Origin: an uncultured Acidobacteriota bacterium
Lineage (GTDB): Bacteria > Acidobacteriota > Blastocatellia > RBC074
Assembly (NCBI GenBank): GCA_963800895.1
Contig: CAWDDA010000022.1
Location: 9,243 to 73,242, forward strand
Reading direction: 5' to 3'
Length of the DNA: 64,000 nucleotides
Part shown: in pieces, positions 18,856-27,950 of the stretch
Numbering within the stretch: the first letter of the stretch is position 1
Layout of the letters: the number at the start of each line of letters is the position of its first letter
The notes under the pieces: model-generated
Database searches by the model: none
Seen by the model: only the letters and a program-made list of their open reading frames with translations
What the model was told of the DNA's origin: nothing
Made by a program: the position numbers and the translations under genes

Positions 18856-19719
18856 GTGAAGTCAAAGTTTGTAAAGCCAGGAACTTTTTCGAGCTTTGAG
18901 GGTGGTCCCTACGAAGCGTCTGGGGTCTCCTGGGTCCAGGACTCAAACACGCTTCTGATTGTGAATGACGGAAAGCCCGGCGAGATTTTGATGATGACGA
19001 TCAACGAGAAGGGAAGGCAGGAAGGTCCAATGGCTTCTCTCCCTCTGAACGCTCAGATCATCGATCCCGAGGCAATCTCAAGTGATGGCCACTGGTTTTA
19101 TATTGTTGGCTCGCAATCCGAGCCGCAGAATGGGGCATTGAATGCGCTCGTGAGATTTGCATTCGATCCTGCGACCAAGACCATCAGGGGAAACCCTGAG
19201 GTAATTCCCGACTTTCGCAGCCTGCTGCTCTCGCGTGTGCCAGACGTTACTGGGCAAGGCAGCAAGCCGGGCAAAGAAGGTGGATTGAATATCGAGGGAC
19301 TTACATTTGATCCGATCAATAATCGTCTGCTGCTAGGGTTGCGTTCCCCAGTTATCGGCGGAAAGGCAGCGGTTATTCCAATGCGCTTGAAAGATCCTCT
19401 CGGGCCGTTGTCCGCAGACAATGTCCAGTTCTCCCCACGCATAATCCTCGACCTTGGAGGGCAGGGGATTCGCGGAATCGACTACAATCCAAAGCTCAAG
19501 GTGTTTACTATCTTATCGGGATCGACCGAGTTGGAGAAAAAGAATGACTTTGGATTTTGGGAATGGGGAGGCGCGCCTGAGGATGTGCCGCGCCTGTTCT
19601 TCAATCTCGACGAGAACGCCAAACCCGAAGGCGTGACAAATGTCACGATTAACGGTAAGGAGTTCGTAATCATTGTTGGCGACGCGAGCAAGTACCTGAA
19701 GCTCGATTACGCGCCCTGA
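18856..19719 (+). CDS. DUF3616-like (beta-propeller-like) protein
   Basis: GTG start 3 nt after the FHA gene stop. GLNIEGLTFDPINNRLLLGLRSP and IRGIDYNPKLKVFTILSG match the DUF3616 pattern from memory. Confidence 0.65.
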   Translation: MKSKFVKPGTFSSFEGGPYEASGVSWVQDSNTLLIVNDGKPGEILMMTINEKGRQEGPMASLPLNAQIIDPEAISSDGHWFYIVGSQSEPQNGALNALVRFAFDPATKTIRGNPEVIPDFRSLLLSRVPDVTGQGSKPGKEGGLNIEGLTFDPINNRLLLGLRSPVIGGKAAVIPMRLKDPLGPLSADNVQFSPRIILDLGGQGIRGIDYNPKLKVFTILSGSTELEKKNDFGFWEWGGAPEDVPRLFFNLDENAKPEGVTNVTINGKEFVIIVGDASKYLKLDYAP

Positions 19720-19743
19720 GTCCTTGTTTCCAGGAGGCAATAG

Positions 19744-20754
19744 ATGAATCGACGGTATTCCACATATCGTTTACTGATCCTTGCGCTTTTCATTGCCAGC
19801 ATGGCAGGTGCAGCCCTCGGGCAGAAGGAAAAGGATCAGGAAAAAAAGAGCAAGAAGTCTAAAGGCGACTCAGCCGCACCTTCCTCAACCGGAACGCCGG
19901 CACTGTGGACTGATCGTGGAGATGTTTCAAAGCTTAATCTGCGCTGGGGCATCGGAAGTGAGGAAGGTCAGCCAAAACCACCGTTCACGTTTGTGAAGGA
20001 AGATACGTCGGGTTCCAATCCCAAGGTCAGAGTCACCGATGCTACAGGTGCGAGCTGGAACATAAAGTTCGACGAAGAGGTCCACGCAGAGGCTGCTGCA
20101 AGCCGCATCGTGTGGGCTGCAGGGTACATGGTTGAAGAGAATTATTTTGTCCCTTCGGGAACGATCTCAGGCGTTGGAAAACTCGGACGTGCCGCGAAGT
20201 TCGTAGGTTCGGGCGGCAACTTTTCCAACGGCGTGTTCGAGAGACGCCCCGACAATGTGGCAAAGCGCGGCATCTTCTGGCACTGGGACTCGAACCCCTT
20301 TCGCGGAACCAAAGAACTCTCGGGCCTGGCGATTCTGAATGTGCTTCTGAACAACTGGGATGCGAAGAATACAAATAACAACGTCCTCGGGATGTATGAC
20401 GCCGATGGCACGACTGTAAAGGAATGGTATCTGGTAGCTGACTGGGGCGGGACATTCGGCAAGATGGGCGGCGTTATGTCGCATAACAAGTGGGACCTCG
20501 ACGCCTACAACAAGGAGGCCTTCCTGGATGGTGTTGCCGGTGGGCAACTCAAACTTAACTATAGCGGCAAGATGGGAAGGGTCTCCGTGCCGCTTGAACA
20601 TGCCCGCTGGTTTGCCGGGATTATTGGACAATTGACCGATGAACAGATCAAAGATGCGTTCCGTGCAGCCGGAGCAACGCAAGCCGAGGTCGAAGGATTC
20701 TCCCGACGGCTGCGACAGAAGATCACTGAGCTGAAAACAGCTGTTGGTAGCTAA
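19744..20754 (+). CDS. Secreted protein with protein-kinase/HipA-like catalytic motifs
   Basis: Signal peptide YRLLILALFIASMAGAALG. WNIKF (Lys) ... EVHAEAAASRI (Glu) ... LLNNWDAKNTNN (D-x-K-x-x-N spacing) ... LVADWGGTFG (DFG-like). Confidence 0.7.
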   Translation: MNRRYSTYRLLILALFIASMAGAALGQKEKDQEKKSKKSKGDSAAPSSTGTPALWTDRGDVSKLNLRWGIGSEEGQPKPPFTFVKEDTSGSNPKVRVTDATGASWNIKFDEEVHAEAAASRIVWAAGYMVEENYFVPSGTISGVGKLGRAAKFVGSGGNFSNGVFERRPDNVAKRGIFWHWDSNPFRGTKELSGLAILNVLLNNWDAKNTNNNVLGMYDADGTTVKEWYLVADWGGTFGKMGGVMSHNKWDLDAYNKEAFLDGVAGGQLKLNYSGKMGRVSVPLEHARWFAGIIGQLTDEQIKDAFRAAGATQAEVEGFSRRLRQKITELKTAVGS

Positions 20755-20770
20755 GAGTTGAAGTGCCGTG

Positions 20771-20892
20771 GAAGGTGCTGAGTGCTGAGTGCTGAGTGCT
20801 GAGTATGGAGTTCAAGCTTTAGCTTGCTTTCACAAGTTCGATGCTAGAGCCAAGCTGAACTCAGCACTCAGCACTCAGCACTCAGCACCTTC
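20771..20892. repeat. Hairpin element E2 (GTGCTGA x4 arms, core with right-side deletion)
   Basis: GAAG-(GTGCTGA)x4-GTAT-GGAGTTCAAGCTTTAGCTTGCT...AGAGCCAAGCTGAACTC-(AGCACTC)x3-AGCAC-CTTC. Confidence 0.9.
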
Positions 20893-20935
20893 ATCCCGGC
20901 TTCGGTGCCCGCCTTCCTCTCTCCCGCTGTAGATC

Positions 20936-21793
20936 ATGATCAAGCCAATTGTTGAGCCACGCGATGGCATCGGACTGCTTGTTGACGCGATCAGCGGTGC
21001 AACAAAAAGCATTGAAGCTACTATCTATCGCGCCGACCGACTCGAGATCGAGCAGGCGCTGATTGACGCCGTGGCGCAGGGTGTCGAGGTTCACATCCTG
21101 ACGACAAGGACAAATCGGGATGATGAAAAGAATTTGAGGGGCATGGAAAGCCGTCTCGCTAAGGCGGGTGTCCGTGTCTCTCTGACTCCTGAAGATCTTG
21201 TGCGCTATCACAACAAGATGATGATCATCGATAGGCGCACACTCTATCTTTTGACCTTCAATTTCACTTTTCTTGACATCCATCACAGTCGCGGCCTCGG
21301 GATCATTACTGACGAGCGGGAGGCAGTCCAGGACGCCATTCGGATATTTGAGGTGGACTCAATGCAGACCAAATCTCCGCCCGTACTCGAGAGGCTCATC
21401 GTTAGTCCGTTAAACGCGCGACCTTCCATTACTGATTTCATTAACGGCGCTGAGCGTCAGCTGCTCATCTATGATGGACGCCTTAATGACGCGCGGATCA
21501 TTCGCGTCCTTGAACGCAAAGCGCGCGCCGGAATTGAGGTCAAGGTAATCGGCAAGACCGACCGGAGGGCTCGAGATGTCGAGGTCCGGCCAATGCCTGA
21601 CATCCTTCTTCACGCACAAGCAATCATAAGAGACGGAACCTCGGTCTTCCTTGGCAGCCAAAGCCTGCGCAAGGCTGAGCTCGACGATCGCCGCGAAGTG
21701 GGCATCATCATCGGCCATCGCTCAGTTGTAAAACAGTTTCGCGCGCTTTTTGAACTCGATTGGGGCGACATCATAGCGGAATATCCGGAATGA
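20936..21793 (+). CDS. Phospholipase D-like (HKD superfamily) protein
   Basis: The first motif is intact (RYHNKMMIIDRRTLYLLTFNFT). The second has Gln in place of Lys (LHAQAIIRDGTSVFLGSQSL). Confidence 0.8.
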   Translation: MIKPIVEPRDGIGLLVDAISGATKSIEATIYRADRLEIEQALIDAVAQGVEVHILTTRTNRDDEKNLRGMESRLAKAGVRVSLTPEDLVRYHNKMMIIDRRTLYLLTFNFTFLDIHHSRGLGIITDEREAVQDAIRIFEVDSMQTKSPPVLERLIVSPLNARPSITDFINGAERQLLIYDGRLNDARIIRVLERKARAGIEVKVIGKTDRRARDVEVRPMPDILLHAQAIIRDGTSVFLGSQSLRKAELDDRREVGIIIGHRSVVKQFRALFELDWGDIIAEYPE

Positions 21794-21803
21794 CTGTCAG
21801 AAG

Positions 21804-22697
21804 ATGAAACGAACACTATACGTTGCTGTTTTAGCGATTCTCGCGGTTGTCGCGATTCACACGGCGGCACAGGGCACCTGGCATGAAAGCCAGGATGCGC
21901 GAGCAACCAGTACCAGTTTTGCCGTCATAGGCGATACGGGAACAGGGGAGGCCCCTCAATTCGAGATCGCACGTCAGATGGTAACGGCGCGAGCCCGCGT
22001 ACCTTTCGACTTTGTAATCATGCTCGGCGATAACATTTACAGTGGAGGCAAACCGACGCTCTTTAAGCCCCGCTTTGAGGATCCCTACAAGGAGTTGCTT
22101 GCGGCGGATGTCAAATTCTACGCCTCGCTTGGCAATCATGATTCACCGTATGCCGAGGAGCACACGAAGTATGAGAAGTTCAACATGGGTGGCAATCGCT
22201 ATTATTCCTTCGTAAAAGGTGACGGTCTGATTGAGTTGTTTGCTCTCGACACGAATGACAATAACGGCGCGGGACTCAGAGAGGACCAGCTCGGATGGCT
22301 CGAGGGTGCCCTTAAGAAGTCGAAGGCAGACTGGAAGGTAGTCTATTTCCACCATGCAATATACGCATCCGGCAAGATGCACCCGCCGTACCTGAGGCTT
22401 CGTGCTCAGCTCGAACCGCTCTTCATCACACATAAAGTGAATGTTGTCTTCTCGGGTCACTATCATGTCTATGAACGGTTAAAGCCGCAGAAGGGAGTTC
22501 ATTATTATGTCGCCGGTTCCGGTGGCAAGCTCATGAAGGACAACCTTGATCGCCGAAGCACGATGACAGCGGCTGGAAATGATCAGACGCAGATATTCCT
22601 TATCGTAGAAGTGGACAAGGAGACCATGAAGGTGACTGCGATCGACTCCCGGGGGAAGGTGGTCGACAACTCGTTAGTGAGCCGTGAAGGACGCTAA
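21804..22697 (+). CDS. Secreted metallophosphoesterase (purple acid phosphatase-like)
   Basis: Signal peptide. Metallophosphoesterase motifs are present in order: GDTG, GDNIY, GNHD, FHH, GHYH. Confidence 0.85.
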   Translation: MKRTLYVAVLAILAVVAIHTAAQGTWHESQDARATSTSFAVIGDTGTGEAPQFEIARQMVTARARVPFDFVIMLGDNIYSGGKPTLFKPRFEDPYKELLAADVKFYASLGNHDSPYAEEHTKYEKFNMGGNRYYSFVKGDGLIELFALDTNDNNGAGLREDQLGWLEGALKKSKADWKVVYFHHAIYASGKMHPPYLRLRAQLEPLFITHKVNVVFSGHYHVYERLKPQKGVHYYVAGSGGKLMKDNLDRRSTMTAAGNDQTQIFLIVEVDKETMKVTAIDSRGKVVDNSLVSREGR

Positions 22698-22791
22698 ATT
22701 TGACAAAGATTTGAGTAGAGGATAACGAAACGTTTATGCAGGACAGCTAGACTTACCGTCATTAAGGTGCCTAGTCCTGTGTTTTCGAAAT

Positions 22792-22822
22792 GCCTCTCAT
22801 CTCCCGGTGAGAGGCTTTTTTT
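22792..22822 (+). terminator. Rho-independent terminator
   Basis: GCCTCTCA-tctcccgg-TGAGAGGC followed by TTTTTTT. Confidence 0.7.
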
Positions 22823-23016
22823 AAGAAGGGGTCGGGGGTCGGGCGAGCCGGGGGCCGGGAATCAGAATATTTTCCATTTGTCATTTTAGATTTGTCATTT
22901 GTTATTGATTCCGATTCGTCCTCAAGGTGAATGACAAATGAGAAATGACAATTGGGAAATCCTCTACTTCCCGATCCCCCGACCCCCGACCCCCGACCCC
23001 CGGCCCCCTCTTCTTC
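22823..23016. repeat. Nested hairpin element E3 (outer G-rich heptamers, inner TGTCATT heptamers, no conserved core)
   Basis: AAGAAGGGGTCGGGGGTCGGGCGAGCCGGGGGCCGGG ... CCATTTGTCATTTTAGATTTGTCATTTGTTATT ... AATGACAAATGAGAAATGACAATTGG ... CCCGATCCCCCGACCCCCGACCCCCGACCCCCGGCCCCCTCTTCTTC. Confidence 0.9.
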
Positions 23017-23034
23017 AAATTACTAATTTTTTAA

Positions 23035-23063
23035 TTGACAAACCGTTTTTCAGAGAATATTCT
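23035..23063 (+). promoter_or_regulatory. Candidate sigma70-type promoter of blaI with a palindrome over the -10
   Basis: TTGACA (23035-40), a 17-nt spacer, then TATTCT (23058-63). The 10-bp perfect palindrome AGAATATTCT (23054-63) overlaps the -10. Confidence 0.3.
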
Positions 23064-23111
23064 TGCCGCGAATTCTTTAGTAGCACATTTTTCTGCGGAG
23101 GAGGGAAACGA

Positions 23112-23486
23112 GTGGCGCGTCGAAAGTCACCTACACTTACTGAGGTTGAGCTCGAAATGATGGAAGTTCTCTGGCAAAAGGGACAGGCGACGGTTGCTGA
23201 TATCGTCGAAGCCCTGCCAGCTTCGCGGCTCGCCTATAGCTCCGTTCTGACGATGATGCGTATCCTCGAACAAAAGGGATATGTCGAGCACGAGAGGGAG
23301 GGTCGCGCTTTCCTTTACCGCGCTGTCGTCGACAGAGACCAGGCACGCAAATCTGTTGTTGGATATCTGCTGAAACGCTTTTTCAACAACTCTCCCGAGT
23401 TGCTTGTCGTTAACCTGCTTGAACACGAAGAGATTGGTGACGCCGAACTCGAGAGGCTCAGGCGTCTCATTGATGAGGCCAAATAG
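23112..23486 (+). CDS. blaI: BlaI/MecI/CopY-family transcriptional repressor
   Basis: GGAGGAGGG RBS and GTG start. LTEVELEMMEVLWQKGQATVADIVEAL...AYSSVLTMMRILEQKGYVEHEREGRAFLYRAVV is the penicillinase-repressor winged-helix signature. Confidence 0.85.
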   Translation: MARRKSPTLTEVELEMMEVLWQKGQATVADIVEALPASRLAYSSVLTMMRILEQKGYVEHEREGRAFLYRAVVDRDQARKSVVGYLLKRFFNNSPELLVVNLLEHEEIGDAELERLRRLIDEAK

Positions 23487-23541
23487 ACAGGAATCGATTA
23501 TTTAGAATAAGAAAGTGATAGAGGTATAGAGGAGGCGAACA

Positions 23542-25955
23542 ATGATGGGCTGGCTGCTAGAGACTATTGATCCTCACTCGCGCACGCTTCTTCAAGGTCT
23601 GCTTAATAGCATCGGTCCGGGGCTGATGGTGGTTGCTGTCACCTGGATCTCACTGAGATCTGCCACGAAGACAAGTGCTGCCACACGGCATGCCGTGTGG
23701 CTTGTGGCGTTGATAGCCCTGGCCGGGCTCCCGTTTCTGCCTGTCATTACCACAATAGACAAGAGCGTTCCGGCATCATTTGCACAACAGACGAAATCAG
23801 GTGCGGCGCAGCCGATTCAGGGCTTGCTTGACACGCTGACTGTGGCATCGACAGTAATCACGCCAATTTTCCGTGAGACGTCGGTTACCGCTCCAGCAGC
23901 AGCGCCCCGGCCGCAGGACGCAGCGCGTTCATCGTTTGCGGCTGCAGGAACGCCAGCGAAGTGGGTGGCATGGCTTAAGGGCTCACTCAGCGGAAAGCTT
24001 CCGCTGATAATCGTTGCGATATGGGCATTGATTGCCAGCGCTTTGCTCGCACGGATTGTCTGGAGTTTTGTTTTTCTTATGCGCGTCAGGCGCAGGCTCG
24101 AACCGCTTTCTGCATCGCTTGTCGAGGCGGGTCGAGAGCTTCAGGGGCATTTCGGAATCGGGCGGAAGGTCGGCTTTTTCGCTTCGTCGCTGATTGGTGT
24201 GCCGATGACCATCGGTTGGGCGAGACCGCTTGTGATCCTTCCGCCCGAACTGCTTCAGAGGCTCAGTCAGGTTGAGCTCGAAGGAATTGTCGCGCATGAA
24301 CTCGGTCACATTAAACGATGGGACTATCTGACAAATCTCGTCCAGCAGATAGCGCAGGCGCTGCTCTTCTTCCATCCAGGCATGTGGGTGGTGGGACGAA
24401 GCATGTCGATTGAACGCGAGCTGGCTTGTGACGATTGGGCAGTCAAGCTCACCGGAGAACCGCGCAGATACGCCGGATGTCTGACAAAGGTTGTGGAATC
24501 ACTGCGCGGTGCCCGGCCACTCGCTATGGCAACCGGAATTATTTTTAGAAAGAACGTACTCTCAAGGAGGATTGAAATGATACTTAACCGCGATCGAAAC
24601 GCGGCCGTCTCGGTCTCGACATCGGCGCTGCTTTCAGCAGCTGCAGCCGCCGTAATGGTGGTCGCGCTCTCGAGTCTCGTTGTGCCTGCGATCGGTGTAC
24701 CGCTCAGGGAGAAGGGGTCTGATCTTATCGCTTCCAACGATAACGGGAATATCCAGACAGTTCGAGAGACGAGTCTCGACAGTGCGGCGCCAGTTGTCCG
24801 CCCTGAAGTTGCCGCACTTATTCGCGCGCGTCTCGCAACAGGCTCGAATCTGATTGTTGAGCCAATAACTGGCGGAGAGGACGTCGAGGCTGAGCCGGTG
24901 TACGAATTGCTCGAATCGTCATCTGACAGCGATACTGAGGTCTTCATCGCGCCTCGCCGCGAACCTGGGAGGAGCGACCTCTTTACGATTTCGTATCAGC
25001 AGGACCCCGCACCGGCGCCCGCCGCGCCAGCCGTTCGAACTACAACTCCGGCTGTTGTCGCAGCACCGGGAGCTGCAGTCGCCGTTCAGGAACCTACGCC
25101 CACTTCACCTCGTGCACCGATAAGGGTTCCGCCCGGCGCCGTCATCGCGGGAGTGGGCTGGGATGATCAGCGAAGCTCGACGCCGTTGATCCCGGAAGCG
25201 GAACTGATCACGATTCTCAGCGACATCGTGAAACGCGATGCAGATCCTACTGTTCGAAGTGAAGCGCTTCGCGGAATCTACCGTGTGCGCTCGGATTCCG
25301 GAATCAATGCTCTTCTGAGCCTCTATGATGGTATCGCGGACACAAAAACCAAAGCTGAGATTCTTGACAACCTGGTGAGAAGCAAAGGTGACAACAGTCG
25401 AGCGATGGCAAAGCTTGTGCAGGTTGCACGGTCAGAGAAAGACGAGACACTGCGCAGTCGTGCACTTCGGCAGCTCGGACGCGTACCTGGAGATGATGGG
25501 GCGACGCAATTGATCTCGATCTACGATTCTTTGCAGGATTCCAAGGAAAGCAGCTCGTCATCCGATATCTTGGAGTGAACAAGAGCAAGAAGGCGGCGGA
25601 CAAGCTTGTTCAGATCGCCAAGAACGATACCGATCCTGCAGTCCGGTCGAGTGCTATTCGAGCATTGTATGCGATTGATAATCGTCTCTATCTCGATGTT
25701 CGCGACAAGATCAGCACCGAACTCCATTACGCTCCATTCGCCCTTGAGAACCTGAATGCCAATATCGACTTCACGTTCGACAAAGAAGCGTTTCAGCTTC
25801 ACGGGGACGAAATCAAACGAGCCTTTGAAAAAATGGAAGATTTCAAGTTCGACCATGATTTTCATCTCAAGTGGAACGATGACACTCGAAAACTGAAGGA
25901 TGAGACTCGAAAAGAACTCGAGAAGCGTAAAGAAGTCGAGAAGAAGATTCGCTAG
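23542..25955 (+). pseudogene. BlaR1-like M56 peptidase with C-terminal HEAT repeats, one frame break near 25545
   Basis: TM segments followed by the zinc site VAHELGHIKRWD. The C-terminal repeats (DPTVRSEALRGI..., ETLRSRALRQL...) continue after a -1 frame change as KQLVIRYLGVNKSKKAADKLVQIAKNDTDPAVRSSAIRALYAID (ORF 25575-25955). Confidence 0.8.
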
Positions 25956-25957
25956 GT

Positions 25958-25992
25958 CCCGGGAGCGCCAGGCTGAGCCTGGCGCTCCCAGG
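25958..25992. repeat. Type-B palindrome (GGGAGCGCC motif)
   Basis: CCCGGGAGCGCCAGGC-TGA-GCCTGGCGCTCCCAGG. The same motif recurs at 58951-59020. Confidence 0.7.
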
Positions 25993-25998
25993 TAAGTG

Positions 25999-27897
25999 AT
26001 GATGAAACGGCTTTATCAAGCGAGCACGATCGTGATCATTCTTCTCATTGTCGCAGTGTCAGTGGCATTCGCGCAGGAGAAGCTCACAAAGGCTCCGGCA
26101 CCCGACAAGAAGGGTGCCGAATCCGAAATCAGCGCGCTCGAACTTCGCGGAATTGAACTGATTCGCGAAGCGGGCCGCGACGCGTCGACTTTGGTGGACC
26201 GCCGTCAGGCGGTGCGAATTCAGGCTTCAGCTGCTGACAGTCTCTGGAAGCACGACGAGAACACGGCGCGATCGTTCTTTGCGCAAGCCTTCGAAAACGC
26301 TTCGACCTATTATCGCGACAGCCGTGACGAGAATGTTGACAAGATCGGCGGAGCGAGCTTCGTTCCTCGGAGTGATCTCAGGCTCGAGGTCATTCGACTT
26401 GCGAGCAGGCACGATGGTGCACTCGCAAAGACGTTCACAGATCAGTTTGTAGCCGAGAAGAAACGCGAAGCAGAATCAAAAACCGCTCAATCCAACTATG
26501 ACCGAAAGGTGGCTGGTGACCCGGCGCTTTTTGGAACTGCTGCACCGGCGACTGCAGACCTCATGATGGCTGCCAACTCGCTTCTCAATACCGACCATAA
26601 AATGGCTGCTGACCTCGCGATGCGCGCGATTGCGGGCGGGATTACCCAGCCGGTACCAAACTTTCTGGCAGAGCTTTCGGCACGTGATCGTGCTTCTGCC
26701 GACCGAGTATTTCAGGCGGCGCTCGAGCGTGTGGCCGCTGAGCCGCAGGTTGTTCCCGGACAGTTGCTCTTACTTGCCGCTTATCCTTTTGGCGAGAACC
26801 GCGTTTGGATTTCAGACGGGAACAGCACAAGCTCAATTGGATTCTCGCGTCTCCCGAAGTTTGAAGTTAACGAGCGACAGATTACCGGATTTCTGCGGAT
26901 CAGTGCTGCTGTTCTAAACCGCGCATCGGAGATCGACATTACGCAGAATCCCGATCTGGCGCGGCGCTTCAACTCCGCTCTTTTTGCGGCTCGAGTTCTC
27001 GAGCCAAAAGTAGCAAAACACGACCCGGCACTTCTCGAAAACTGGCGAGCGCTTCTCTCGAAACTGCAGTCCGCTGCTCAACAGAAGACACGGGATGGCA
27101 TCGACAATACGCTTCGAGAGATGACTGCCGAGAATCAGGGTCCGCAGGAACGTTCAGCGGACCGCGTGAAGTCGATGCTTGATGCCGCCGAGCGAACGTC
27201 GGACCTCGTTGAAAGAGACAACCGTTTTGGCTCGGCAGCGACTGCTGCGATGCAAGGCGGAGATTTCGCGCGCGCACTCGAAATTGCCGATCGCATAAGT
27301 GATATGGACTACAGGCAGCGGGTGCGCGAATGGATTAACTCGAGGGCAGCGACCAAGGCTATAGAGGAGAAGCGTATCGATGATGCGCTCAGGTTTGCCG
27401 GTGAAGTGAGCGCGACTGATGAGCGCGCTTACCTCTACTATCAGATCGCAAATATTGCCCTTGGCAGCCAGGACAAGGCGCGAGCGCTTCAACTGGCCGA
27501 AGATGCTGCGAACTATGTGTCCAAGGCAGAAAACGGTCTTGGAAAGCTGCGAGCGCTCATAGGGCTTGCCGGGTTGTATTCAAAGGTGGATGTGGCGCGC
27601 AGCTTTGAGCTTCTGAGTGAAGCTGCGAAGGTCGCAGACAGAATCGGTGACTACAGTCCGGAACAGGCAAGGCTCGTCCGCACGCTGAGCAATCGTAACG
27701 GGTCCAACAACATGGTCTCGTCGACGACTGTCGAGGCATTCGACCTTGGAAAAACGTTTGCCATCTTCGCGGCGATTGACTTCGACCGCACGCTTGGACT
27801 GGCAAACGCGTTTGAATCGAAAGCACTGAAGCATTCGACCGTCATCGCCGTGGCGTCAACGCTCTTTGACCGGAAGCCAGCAAAGACAGGTTCGTAG
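25999..27897 (+). CDS. Hypothetical secreted helical-repeat protein (~632 aa)
   Basis: Signal peptide MMKRLYQASTIVIILLIVAVSVAFA. The ORF is long and Ala/Leu-rich, and I recognise no domain. Confidence 0.7.
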   Translation: MMKRLYQASTIVIILLIVAVSVAFAQEKLTKAPAPDKKGAESEISALELRGIELIREAGRDASTLVDRRQAVRIQASAADSLWKHDENTARSFFAQAFENASTYYRDSRDENVDKIGGASFVPRSDLRLEVIRLASRHDGALAKTFTDQFVAEKKREAESKTAQSNYDRKVAGDPALFGTAAPATADLMMAANSLLNTDHKMAADLAMRAIAGGITQPVPNFLAELSARDRASADRVFQAALERVAAEPQVVPGQLLLLAAYPFGENRVWISDGNSTSSIGFSRLPKFEVNERQITGFLRISAAVLNRASEIDITQNPDLARRFNSALFAARVLEPKVAKHDPALLENWRALLSKLQSAAQQKTRDGIDNTLREMTAENQGPQERSADRVKSMLDAAERTSDLVERDNRFGSAATAAMQGGDFARALEIADRISDMDYRQRVREWINSRAATKAIEEKRIDDALRFAGEVSATDERAYLYYQIANIALGSQDKARALQLAEDAANYVSKAENGLGKLRALIGLAGLYSKVDVARSFELLSEAAKVADRIGDYSPEQARLVRTLSNRNGSNNMVSSTTVEAFDLGKTFAIFAAIDFDRTLGLANAFESKALKHSTVIAVASTLFDRKPAKTGS

Positions 27898-27950
27898 GTG
27901 TGAATTCGACGCCTTCGGCGTCAGTTGAACTTAATATCGAGAGGTTATAC

